A DNA stretch of 64,000 nucleotides, taken from an uncultured Pseudomonadota bacterium (GTDB lineage: Bacteria > Vulcanimicrobiota > Vulcanimicrobiia > Eremiobacterales > Eremiobacteraceae). The notes beneath the pieces were generated by a model. It saw only the letters and a program-made list of their open reading frames with translations. It had not been told where the DNA came from and made no database searches. Made by a program: the position numbers and the translations under genes. Below are positions 10,238 to 19,811 of this stretch, one piece after another (the stretch's first letter is position 1; each line of letters starts with the position of its first letter). The stretch lies in NCBI GenBank assembly GCA_963736005.1, contig CAVTNB010000001.1, forward strand, positions 544,001 to 608,000, given 5' to 3'.

Positions 10238-10855
10238 TTAAATTATTCGCCGGCGCAGAGCAACGGCTACCGCGCCAGCGCGATTCTCAGCGCCGAGTTT
10301 CGTCATGGCAGCGTTGAGATGGAACTTGACCGTGCGCTCGACGATATTTAAGCGACGCGCGATCTGCTTGTTTGAAAGACCGTCGGCGACGAAGCGCAGG
10401 ACTTCGCGTTCGCGCTCCGTGAGCGCAGCCGCTCGAGGCTCCCGTACTTGTGCCGCAAGTGCAGCGGCGATGGGTGGCGGAAGGTACGACCCACCAGCGT
10501 GTACCTGCCGGATGGCCTGCGCCACCTCTGCTGCAGGCGCGCCCTTGAGCGCGTATCCGCGTGCACCGGAACGAACGGCGCCCACAATCTTGTCGTCATC
10601 GGCATAGGCAGTAAAGACGATAACGCGCGCGTCGGGCACCTCGCGAACAATTTCCCGAACGGCATCGACGCCGCTCAGTCCAGGCATCTCGAAGTCGAGG
10701 AGCACGACGTCGGGTGACCATCGGGTGGCGTTGGCGATGAGTTCTTCGGCCGAGGCCACGGCTCCGACGATTCGAAAATCAGACTCATCGCCGAGCGCGG
10801 ATATCAAGCCTTCGCGAACCACAGGGTGATCGTCGACCAGCGCGATGCGAATCAT
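10238..10855 (-). CDS. NarL/LuxR-family response regulator
   Basis: REC domain (LVDDH, LLDFEMP, ALK) plus LTEREREVL...LSNKQIA HTH. Confidence 0.95.
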   Translation of the reverse strand: MIRIALVDDHPVVREGLISALGDESDFRIVGAVASAEELIANATRWSPDVVLLDFEMPGLSGVDAVREIVREVPDARVIVFTAYADDDKIVGAVRSGARGYALKGAPAAEVAQAIRQVHAGGSYLPPPIAAALAAQVREPRAAALTEREREVLRFVADGLSNKQIARRLNIVERTVKFHLNAAMTKLGAENRAGAVAVALRRRII

Positions 10856-11991
10856 CTGCTTGCTCTGTCAAGAGGCACGGTCACCCTCACCCTCGTGTGC
10901 CCTCCCGAACTTGTAATGGTCAGCGCGCCCTTCATGAGCTGCGCCCGCTCTCGCATTCCAATGATGCCGTGCCCCGCCCCGCCTTTATGGGCCCGATATC
11001 CGATGCCGTCGTCGCGAATCGTAAGGCGAGCTGTCGTTCCGCGCCGGGTGAGGAGAATCTCCACAGCGGTGGCGCGAGCATGCTTGCCCACGTTCGTCAT
11101 GGCCTCGTGCGCGATCCCAAGCAGCTCGCTCTCGACCTCTGCTGGCAAATCGAACTCGGTCGCATCCACGCGAACGGCGATGCCCGTCCTTGAGGTAAAT
11201 TTCCGGGCCAGAGCTTCGAGCGCTTGGGGAAGGGGCGTGCCTGCCGGAGGTGTGCCGCGCAAGGCCACAACCGAACGCCGCGCTTCGCTGATGCCTTCGC
11301 GGGCAACCTCGAGCGCGCGGTTGAGTTCGTCGCGCGAGCGGCTATCGGCAAGGCCGAGATGCTTGAGTGCACCTTCGAGCTGCAAGGCGATCGCCGTAAG
11401 ACGCTGCACGAGCGTGTCGTGAATTTCTCGAGCCAGGCGAGTACGCTCCTCGATTCGAGCGAGCCGCGCTCCTTCGTCGGCGAGCCGCGCTCGTTCAACG
11501 GTGGCGGCCGCTTGGAGCGCAATCACTTCGAGAAGACGCAGCTCACCCGTCGACAGCCGGCGCCACTTTGGCCCCGTGATGTTCATGATTCCAAGCGGCT
11601 CACCCCGAAAGTGGAGCGGCACGCTCGCGTGATAGCGCAGACCGCCGGTGAGTGCCGTGAGCTTCCGCTGCACCGCAGGAGCCAGCCGGCTGCATTCAAC
11701 GACGTTCACATTTTTCGGTGACAGCTTGCCGTCGCGAAAGAGCTCCGTGCACTGACACCAATTGCCGGCCATGCGCACGGGCTCACGCAGGTATGGCGGA
11801 AGATTGTGCGAGGCAGCATTGTAGAAACGCTTCGTTTGCGGGTCGATGAGCCATATCCAAGCGGTGCGCAGCCGGAGCAGCGAGGTAACGTTGGCGAGCA
11901 TGCGCTCGAGTGCTTCTCGCACGTCGACTGCGCCGTTGAGGCCGTCCGCGATCGCGTAGAGAATCCGCAGCTCTTTCGCGCGAGAATGCAT
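10852..11991 (-). CDS. Cytoplasmic GAF-domain sensor histidine kinase (HisKA_3)
   Basis: GAF domain with CQC...VECSRL; ERTRLAREIHDT H-box; EAMTNVGKHA, DDGIG, GHGIIGMRERA. Confidence 0.93.
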   Translation of the reverse strand: MHSRAKELRILYAIADGLNGAVDVREALERMLANVTSLLRLRTAWIWLIDPQTKRFYNAASHNLPPYLREPVRMAGNWCQCTELFRDGKLSPKNVNVVECSRLAPAVQRKLTALTGGLRYHASVPLHFRGEPLGIMNITGPKWRRLSTGELRLLEVIALQAAATVERARLADEGARLARIEERTRLAREIHDTLVQRLTAIALQLEGALKHLGLADSRSRDELNRALEVAREGISEARRSVVALRGTPPAGTPLPQALEALARKFTSRTGIAVRVDATEFDLPAEVESELLGIAHEAMTNVGKHARATAVEILLTRRGTTARLTIRDDGIGYRAHKGGAGHGIIGMRERAQLMKGALTITSSGGHTRVRVTVPLDRASR

Positions 11992-12040
11992 GAGGAAGCG
12001 AAGCTTTTTGCTTGCGGTTGGCGAGCCCTACCAGCGTGGG

Positions 12041-15000
12041 CTAGTGAAAGTCGCGCGATTTTTGACCTTCAGCGAGATTGTCGCTGTCGAGCTTCCAAAA
12101 GCGGCGCGCCAGGAGGTTGACATGGCCATCTTGTTTTTGCAGCACGCCTTCAACAATGACGGTCGGTTCATCCCGTGCGATCGACCGGTAGCGTTGGTAT
12201 ACATCTGGACGAATGATGACGTTGATCAGACCAGTTTCATCCTCCATCGTCGTAAACACAAAGCCTTTTGCGGTGCCGGGTCGCTGTCTGGTTGTCACGA
12301 GTCCCGCCACCTTGAGCACGAGCCGATTCGGCAATGCTCGCAAGTCGCACGCACGGCGCACGCGCAAAGCGTTGAGTTGAGGGCGATAGAATTCCATGAC
12401 TTGATAGCGCGTGGACAGACCCAATCCTCGAAAATCAGCGGCCGCTTCTTCACTCTTGCGCATGGCCGGCAAGGCGACGGCAGGTTCGTCGACAGTCATC
12501 GCGCGCTCGAGCCCGCCCGCCGCGACCAAGTTACCGATGCGTTGCACGTCCCAAAACGCTTCTCGGCGCGAGCGGTGCAAGCTCGCAAACGCGTCGACCG
12601 CTGCGAGCGACTCCAAAATATCTTTCGACAGTTGCGTGCGCAAGACGAAGTCTCGCAGGTCTGTGTAGGGACCGCGAGCGCGTTCTGCGTCGAGCAGCTC
12701 TTTGTGCTTTTCGCCGATGCCGCGAACCTGACTCAATCCGATACGCAGCGCAACAGGGTGTTCCCAAGGGTGGGTGACGGTTCCAGGGGCGATTTGCCAA
12801 TCGCCCCCTACGGAGGCAGCGGTGGGAGGCAATGGTTCGACGGTGCAGGCAAAGCGCGAGGCATTCACATCTGGCGGTAAGACTGTGACGTTGTGGCGGC
12901 GCGCGTCTCCAATTAACGTCGAGGGAGAATAAAAACCCATTGGCTGAGCATTGAGTAACGCAGCGTAGAACTCTGGCGCATACATGCGCTTGAGATATCC
13001 CGACACATACACGATGAGCGCAAAAGATGCCGCGTGAGACTCGGGAAATCCAAAGTCTGCGAAGGCGCTGAGCATGCCGAAGAGGCGATCGGCAAGTGCG
13101 CGATCGATACCGTTGCGCTGCATGCCATCGAGCAATCGTCCGTGTAGTCTCTCCATCTTCTGTCGCGAGCGCTTATGCCCCATGGCGCGGCGCAGCTCAT
13201 CCGCTTGTCCGGGCGTGAAGCCGGCAGCTTCGATGGCCAAGCGCATGCCTTGCTCCTGAAAGAGCGGTACGCCCAGCGTGCGCTCGAGCACGGGTTGCAG
13301 CTTTGGATGGGGGTAGGTGACCGGTTCTATGCCGCGGCGGCGGCGAATGTACGGATGCACCATGTCGCCTTGAATCGGGCCCGGACGAATGATGGCGACT
13401 TGCACGACGATGTCGTAAAAACGCCTCGGCCGCAGACGAGGTAGAGTCGCCATTTGTGCGCGCGATTCAACTTGAAAAAGTCCCACCGTATCGGCTTCGC
13501 ACAGCATGTCGTAGACGCGTTCGTCGTCGCAAGCGCGCAAGTCGGTAAAATCGATCTTCGTGCCGCGGCTCCGCTCGATGTCGGCGAGCGCAAGTTCGAT
13601 GGCGTCGAGCATACCGAGGCCTAAAATGTCAATCTTGATAAGCCCAAGCGTGGCGCAATCATCTTTATCCCAGCAAAGAATCGTGCGGTTAGGCATGGCG
13701 GCCGGTTCGAGCGGCGCTATTTCAATGAGGGGCGAACGCGTGATGACCATCCCGCCGACGTGCTGGCTCAAATGCCGGGGAAATCCATCGATGCGCCGGC
13801 AGAGCTCGTATAAACGTTGCGCCACGTTGCCGCTCAGATCCACGCGCAGCGCGGCCGGCAGCGCGGCAACGGCGTGTTCTACTTCTGCTGCCGTCATCAA
13901 GAGCAAATCGCCGTGATTTGTCATAGGAACGGCTGCGGCTTCGACCTCTTGCGCTTCATCGCCAACTTTTGCCGCCGAATAGGTGTCGAGCGACTTTGCC
14001 AAGCGCGTCGACTTGATCCAGCGAGAGCCCCAGCGCTTTACCGATATCGCGCACCGCACTGCGCGCGCGATAGGTGATGACTTCTGCCACCATCCCAGCG
14101 TGCTCGCGTCCATAACGTTGATAGATATATTGGATGAGCTGCTCGCGCTGGTCGCCCGATGGCGTATCGAGATCGATGTCGGGCGGTTCATCGCGCTCTT
14201 CTGACAGAAACCGTTCGAAGAGCAGCTTGAGACCCACGGGATCGACGCTTGTGATCCCAAGCGCATAGCACACGGCAGAGTTGGCAGCCGAACCGCGGCC
14301 TTGCACGAGAATATTTCGCTCGCTCGCAAAACGGACCATATCCCACACGATGAGAAAATATCCGGCGAGGTCGAGCTTTTCGATGACGCCCAACTCGTGG
14401 GCGATCTGCTCGCTCACCTGGGACGTCACCGGTTTGTATCGGCGCTGCACCCCTTCATGCACGAGTTTGTAGAGATAGGAAAATGCAGTTTCCCCAGCAG
14501 GCAAAGGGAAATCAGGAAATTCATTGTGCAGTTTGCCTAAACGAAATTGGCAACGCTCGGCGATCGCAAGGGTGTTGTGAACGGCACGCGGATGCTCGCG
14601 AAAGCTGCGCAGCATTTCCTCCGGCGATCGCATGTAATATTCACCATTGGGGCGCAGCCTCGTACCGGCTTGCTCGAGCGTTGTCTTCTGGCGGATGCAG
14701 GCTAAAACGTCGGCCAACGCGCGATGCTCCGGCCATGCGTAGTGCACGCCCCCGGTTGCAACAAGCCCGAGTTCGAGTGTGGCGGCAAGCGCACTCAGCG
14801 CGCGAATGCGAGGCCCGTCATCGGGTAAGAAATGGCGCTGCAACTCGATCCACACATTCCCCCAACCGAAGATGTCGCGCAGTTGACCTGCCACGTTGCA
14901 GGCAGCGCGAAAATCTCCGCGCTCGAGCGCGCTCGGCACAGCGCCCTGACTACAGCCCGACAGCGCGATGAGTCCATGCGCGTGTGTGGCCAGTGTCTCA

Positions 15001-15329
15001 TACGTGGTTGCCGGCTCTCCTCGCGCATGATCCAGTCGCGCGCGACTGATCAGCCGGGAGAGATGAGCATACCCAGCTTTCTCTGCGGCGAGAACGACCA
15101 GATGACTACCATCTTCCATCGTGAGTTCGGCGCCCACAATGACGGCAACACCTTCGTCCCTTCCCGCTTGAGCGAAGCGTACGGCGCCGTAGAGTCCATC
15201 TCGATCCGTGATCGCGACGGCGGCGTAGTTGAGTTCCTTGGCGCGGGCAATCAGCTCTTCGGGATGCGAACCCCCGTCCAGCAGCGTAAAATTCGAATGG
15301 ACATGCAGTTCTGCGTACTGTATTGCCAT
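12041..15329 (-). CDS. dnaE2: Error-prone DNA polymerase DnaE2, split by a +1 frameshift near 14000
   Basis: PHP domain (YAELHVHSNF), GRGSAANS and PPDIDLD in ORF 13956-15329; PRHLSQHVGG, FPESHAASFA, RQRPGTAKG and terminal SRDFH in the second frame. Confidence 0.93.
12785..12811 (-). repeat. GTAG-type palindromic repeat inside dnaE2, in frame
   Basis: GTAGGGGGCGATTGGCAAATCGCCCCT = VGGDWQIAP; differs from the copy at 19786-19811 by one extra base. Confidence 0.8.
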
Positions 15330-15335
15330 GGACGG

Positions 15336-16889
15336 TCAATCAAAAATGCCTTGCACGTACCAGTTGTTTTCGCGAACGTCATGAAATGCGAGCACGAGCG
15401 CGCCGTCGCGATCCCGCACTTGATAGTAATCGCGCTCCACCGGCCGGTCCCACCAACTTTCGCTCAGTCGAAATGGCCCAACGCAGGTGCTGCGCTCGCT
15501 GGGCGCGTGCATGATCTTTGGTGGATCGACCAAGCGCAAGGCAGGAGCCCAGGCTGCTTGCGCGCCAGGTGCGCATGGAGTGACCGGCTTTCGTCGACCG
15601 GCGCGCGAACTGGCGATCTTCTCGAATTGCCGCGGCGAGGTAACCGGCATCACCCGCTGCATGCGCTCGGGTAAGCGCGAATGCTCTCGCTGCGTAATCA
15701 GCGTGACCACCTCATCATCTGCGAGACTCGCGCGTAGCCGTGCCAGCGTGGTGGCCAGGGCCGCACCACGCGATCCCCGAGCACCGTCGAAAAGTCCGAG
15801 TTGCGGGGGTGGCTCCGCGCATGGCCCTGCGCGCACGAGGATCGCCTCCACCGGCCCAAGTTGCTCGCGAGATTCGAGCGCGACACGGGCTACGTCGAAC
15901 ATGGTGACTGAAGATGAGGTTGGTTCTGCCAACGCAATGGGGATGTTGAGGACGGATGGGGCGATTTTCCAATCATCCCCTACAGGAGCATAGGTGGAGT
16001 TGGTCGCGTCAAGGATGAGGATGAGCTCGAGTTTGTCGCACACTTGGGCCGCCCCCGCAAGTCGGCCGGCGACGTTCGCCACGCAGCTGCGCAGCGCAAA
16101 AAACAACGGTTCTACTTGCGTGACGATGCTCTCGAAGGCGAAACGGTCTTCATACATCGTCTGCGTGCGATGCGGGTGCAGGGGTTCTGAGGCTTGTCCT
16201 CGTGCCAAGGCAACATAGGCTCGTGCGCGCTCGCCAAAACGCGCAGCAAGCGGTGCGGTGGCGAGCGCCGCAATTTGGCCGAGCACGCGCAGGCCGAGCA
16301 TATCGAAGCGTTCTGCGTCACTGGGCCAAAGCGGCAAGAGCGTCACGGGCAACGGCGCAAGAAACACCGCACTGCCGCCTGCTGGCACAATGCTGCACCC
16401 ACCTCCCGTCAGCGCAGCGCACTGCGCGGTGAATTTGTCATCCGCGACGGCGCCGGACGAAGGAAAGCCAAGCGATGAGGCGAGCGCAACGGCAGCGCCG
16501 ATGGCATGAGTTTCTCCATTCGGCAAGCCGGTTGCATCGAAGAAATAGACACCGGGTCGAAGCGCTTCAACGGTAGGTCCGCAGCTTTCGAGTGCTTCGA
16601 GTAATTCGTTTGTAGTATCGCGTTCGAGTTTTTCATTGCGAGCCAGCACTGCAAGGCTGGGGCATGCTGCCCGAGCCTGCTTTGGCGTCATGCCTGCAGA
16701 CACACCACATGCCGCACGATTGTGCGCGACGATTTCGCGGCGTGACACCCCGTCGGCGATGGCGATGGGACGATTGGCAAGCGATGGATTGGCCCGCAGA
16801 CACACGTCAACGAGAAATTCTGGAACGATGAGGCACGCCACGCGTGCCTTGATCTCGCTAAACGGCGCAGACATTCTCGAATTTTCCAT
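15336..16889 (-). CDS. imuB: Y-family polymerase-like mutasome subunit ImuB
   Basis: GMTPKQARAACP, LGLRVLGQIAAL, QLGLF clamp motif, GPFRLSESWW...RDYY...WYVQGIFD; start 16889 or 16874. Confidence 0.88.
   Translation of the reverse strand: MENSRMSAPFSEIKARVACLIVPEFLVDVCLRANPSLANRPIAIADGVSRREIVAHNRAACGVSAGMTPKQARAACPSLAVLARNEKLERDTTNELLEALESCGPTVEALRPGVYFFDATGLPNGETHAIGAAVALASSLGFPSSGAVADDKFTAQCAALTGGGCSIVPAGGSAVFLAPLPVTLLPLWPSDAERFDMLGLRVLGQIAALATAPLAARFGERARAYVALARGQASEPLHPHRTQTMYEDRFAFESIVTQVEPLFFALRSCVANVAGRLAGAAQVCDKLELILILDATNSTYAPVGDDWKIAPSVLNIPIALAEPTSSSVTMFDVARVALESREQLGPVEAILVRAGPCAEPPPQLGLFDGARGSRGAALATTLARLRASLADDEVVTLITQREHSRLPERMQRVMPVTSPRQFEKIASSRAGRRKPVTPCAPGAQAAWAPALRLVDPPKIMHAPSERSTCVGPFRLSESWWDRPVERDYYQVRDRDGALVLAFHDVRENNWYVQGIFD
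15957..15983 (-). repeat. GTAG-type palindromic repeat inside imuB, in frame
   Basis: GTAGGGGATGATTGGAAAATCGCCCCA = VGDDWKIAP. Confidence 0.75.
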
Positions 16890-17613
16890 CTTCAGCTTCC
16901 ACGAGAGGCATAGGCCAGCTGCCTGCAACGTCTGCGAGGTAGACCTCGAACGAGGCAGTCTTCCCAGGTGTGCCCATCTTGGATTTTGCGACGTCGAAGG
17001 CAACCCGATACCCAGCGAGACGGCTATCGCCGTGACAATTGCTGCCGGGTTGCCATAGCGGCGAGAGGCTACGAGCGCGAATGCGCAGCGAAGCAAACGA
17101 GGCGAGCGGCTGACTTACCCCACGGGAGAGAGCGCAAAGTGTCGTGGCGGTTTTTTCTGCCTGCGCTACCAAACGGGCGCAATGATGCGTTTGCAGTGCT
17201 TCGCTGCTCGTACCGTCAAGAATAACGACGGCACACGCGCCACCGCGAACGACTGCATCGGCGGCACGACGACATGCCGCCGCATCGCGCGGTCGAACGA
17301 CGAGAAGCCGTTCCAACATAATTCCGGCAGACTCTGCCGCCGGTGCAAAAAAGCTTCTCTCTGGGTCGATGAACGCGCCGATGTCACCCTGGCGCGTGCA
17401 CTTTGCAAGAAGCGCATAGGCGAACGTGGTTTTCCCGCAGGAGCGCTCTCCGAAGATCTCCGTAAGACGGCCCGCCGGGATGCCGACCGCCCCAAGGGCC
17501 CGATCGAGGTCGGCAATACCCATGGTCGAGCCTGATATTGCTTGGGCATGTCCGTGTACCGCTGGGCCGTGCCAACGGCTTTCTAAAAGGCTTTTCAAAG
17601 CGCTGACGGACAT
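16858..17613 (-). CDS. imuA: RecA-like mutasome protein ImuA
   Basis: GIADLDRALG.GIPAGRLTEIFGERSCGKTT, AFIDPE; first gene of imuA-imuB-dnaE2. Confidence 0.85.
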   Translation of the reverse strand: MSVSALKSLLESRWHGPAVHGHAQAISGSTMGIADLDRALGAVGIPAGRLTEIFGERSCGKTTFAYALLAKCTRQGDIGAFIDPERSFFAPAAESAGIMLERLLVVRPRDAAACRRAADAVVRGGACAVVILDGTSSEALQTHHCARLVAQAEKTATTLCALSRGVSQPLASFASLRIRARSLSPLWQPGSNCHGDSRLAGYRVAFDVAKSKMGTPGKTASFEVYLADVAGSWPMPLVEAEDGKFENVCAV

Positions 17614-17624
17614 GGTGGACTGTT

Positions 17625-17653
17625 AGTATAATCGAACATACGTTCGATGACAA
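17625..17653 (-). promoter_or_regulatory. Mutasome promoter with a LexA (Cheo-type SOS) box in the spacer
   Basis: Minus strand TTGTCA-17 nt-TATACT; the spacer holds CGAACATACGTTCG (17633-46), matching CGAACRNRYGTTCG. Confidence 0.9.
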
Positions 17654-17739
17654 GGGGGCTTTCCTCACATTTTTGGAAAGCCCCCCAAGGACAGCTTTGC
17701 TGCCTTTTTTACGCCCTCTTGGGAGCCTATCACACGCCG

Positions 17740-19350
17740 ATGAGCGACTTTCCAACAACCGCGCGCGCAATTGTCGACGACATTTTGGTTCATGAACCAA
17801 TCGACGCCACATGGGCTGGAGTCCACACCCACGACGCGGACTACCCCGATCTCTCAGCTGACGGCTTTGCTCACCTCCAGACCCGCGCCAAGGAACACCT
17901 CACTACCCTGCACCGCTACGATCCAGGAGAGCTCACCTCGGAAGAACGGATCGATTGGCATCTCCTCGTTTCCAAGTTTGAGGTTCAATTGCGCGAGCTT
18001 GCCGAGCTTGAACCGCACAAGCATAACCCGTCGCTGTATCCCAACGTCGCCGTGGAAGGCATCTACTCACTTTTGGCGCGCGACTATGCCCCTCTGAGCG
18101 AACGCATGCCGGCCTTGGTGAGCCGCTTAGGAAAGATTCCATCGATCTTCGCGGCCGGGCGCGCGAATCTTGAGCGCTCCCCAGCCATCTGGAGAGAGAT
18201 CGCGATCGAAGAAACGCAAGGGGCGGGAGAATTCTTGCGCGAGACTGTCGGACCGCTCGCGCGCAATCATAGCGCTGCCTTGGGGAGCAACCTTCAGGCG
18301 GCGCTGGCGGCCACTGCCGACTACGAACGATTTTTGACCGCAGATTATGCGACGAGCGATGGTATGCCGTTCGCCATCGGTCGCGATCTGTTCGATTTCA
18401 AACTGAAACGCGAACATCTTCTCGAGCTTGACACGCGCGCACTCTTGGAGTTCGGCGAGCGAGCCGTGCGCACAACCCAAGAGCAGCTCGCGGCGGTGGC
18501 CCACCAGATCGATCCCAAAAAAACGTGGGGACAAATCGTCGATGAGGCGCGCCAGGATCTTCCCCCCGCGCGCTCGCTGCTGGAAGAATACCAAACTGGC
18601 GTCTCAACGACGCGCCAGTTCGTCCAGGATCGCAAATTGGTTTCCATACCTTCGGGCGAATCGCTCCAAGTAGTGGAGACGCCGTTGTTCATGCGCCCCA
18701 CCATCCCGTACGCCGCGTACATGCCCGCGGGCGGCTTCGAGTCTCGACAAAACGGGCTTTACTACGTGACGCCGGTGAATGAGCGTCTCTCTCCCGATCA
18801 GCGCGCCCAGCAAATGCTCGGCCATAATCGCTATGGCATGCTCCTCACAAACGCGCATGAGGGGTACCCTGGCCATCATCTTCAGCTGGTGGTTGCAAGC
18901 GGCGTGAAGTCTCCGGTCAGAAAGCTGTTGTGGAATACCGTCTTTTGCGAAGGCTGGGCGCTGTACTGCGAGCAACTCGTTTTGGAAGAGGGCATCACAA
19001 GCGACCTGCGGCACCGCATCTTCCAGCTCAAGGATCAATTGTGGCGAGCCTGTCGCGTCGTCATTGACGTCAAGCTGCACACCTCGGCGATGACCTTCGA
19101 TGAGGCTGTCGATATGCTCGTCAAGGTTGCCCATCTGGAACGGCCTAATGCCATCGGCGAAGTTCGGCGCTACACGCAGTCCCCTACGCAACCGATGTCA
19201 TACCTGCTCGGCAAGCACCAGATTCTCGAGCTGCGCGAGAGCGAAAAGAAGCGGCGCGGGGAAAACTTTGTAATGCGAGATTTCCACGACCGTCTGCTCT
19301 CATACGGCACGATTCCGGTGGCATTGATCGAACCTACCTTTACAGATTGA
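17740..19350 (+). CDS. DUF885 family protein
   Basis: HEGYPGHHLQ, FCEGWALYCE, LWRACRVVIDVKLH, PTQPMSYLLG. Confidence 0.9.
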   Translation: MSDFPTTARAIVDDILVHEPIDATWAGVHTHDADYPDLSADGFAHLQTRAKEHLTTLHRYDPGELTSEERIDWHLLVSKFEVQLRELAELEPHKHNPSLYPNVAVEGIYSLLARDYAPLSERMPALVSRLGKIPSIFAAGRANLERSPAIWREIAIEETQGAGEFLRETVGPLARNHSAALGSNLQAALAATADYERFLTADYATSDGMPFAIGRDLFDFKLKREHLLELDTRALLEFGERAVRTTQEQLAAVAHQIDPKKTWGQIVDEARQDLPPARSLLEEYQTGVSTTRQFVQDRKLVSIPSGESLQVVETPLFMRPTIPYAAYMPAGGFESRQNGLYYVTPVNERLSPDQRAQQMLGHNRYGMLLTNAHEGYPGHHLQLVVASGVKSPVRKLLWNTVFCEGWALYCEQLVLEEGITSDLRHRIFQLKDQLWRACRVVIDVKLHTSAMTFDEAVDMLVKVAHLERPNAIGEVRRYTQSPTQPMSYLLGKHQILELRESEKKRRGENFVMRDFHDRLLSYGTIPVALIEPTFTD

Positions 19351-19360
19351 TGGTGAGGCA

Positions 19361-19753
19361 GGAGCCGATCGCACGCGCAATCCACAGATCATCGCGCATA
19401 CGATCGATGGGATCATTCGAGCCGATCGCATTTTCACGATCCCAGCCATTATCGTGCTGCTCATCGGAGGTTTCGGGGCTGCCACAACTGCACACCTGAA
19501 CCCATTGACCACCGGCTGGATTTTGTGGGGTCTTGGATTTTTCATTATCGCGGGTATTTGCTTCGGTCCGCTCTCGCGCACGCAACGAGCCCTTCGCGAT
19601 CTCGCGCAACAGGCTGCGCAAAGTGGCACAATGGATTGGGCTCGCTACGAGCAGTTATCGAACCGCTGGCGTGTCTTCGGCAGCATCGCAACCATAGCGC
19701 CAATTCTGGCGGTTGTCGTTATGGTCTTAAAGCCGGCGCTGCCCGCGTTTTAA
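19361..19753 (+). pseudogene. DUF2269-like membrane protein lacking its 5' end
   Basis: ADRTRNPQIIAHTIDGIIRADRIFTIP...VMVLKP; no in-frame start before the conserved segment (stop at 19325). Confidence 0.6.
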
Positions 19754-19811
19754 CGCGCGAATAAATTCGCGCGACTACATTTGCAAGGGGCGATTTCCAA
19801 TCGCCCCCTAC
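19754..19811 (-). repeat. Tandem GTAG-type REP-like units between convergent genes
   Basis: Minus strand GCAAATGTAG-GGGGCGATTGGAAATCGCCCC-TT-GCAAATGTAG-T-CGCGCGAATTTATTCGCGCG; the first GTAG supplies the TAG stop of the protease. Confidence 0.8.

Noticed and set aside
11990..12880. Long antisense or alternate-frame ORFs (also 14832-15674, 35980-36837, 45534-46439)
   Set aside because: Shadows of well-supported genes in GC-rich DNA, with no recognisable motifs
13990..14010. Programmed ribosomal frameshift or intein-split DnaE
   Set aside because: No slippery site or intein motifs; similar indels occur in unrelated genes
16858..17613. recA
   Set aside because: Too short and divergent; its position before imuB-dnaE2 indicates ImuA
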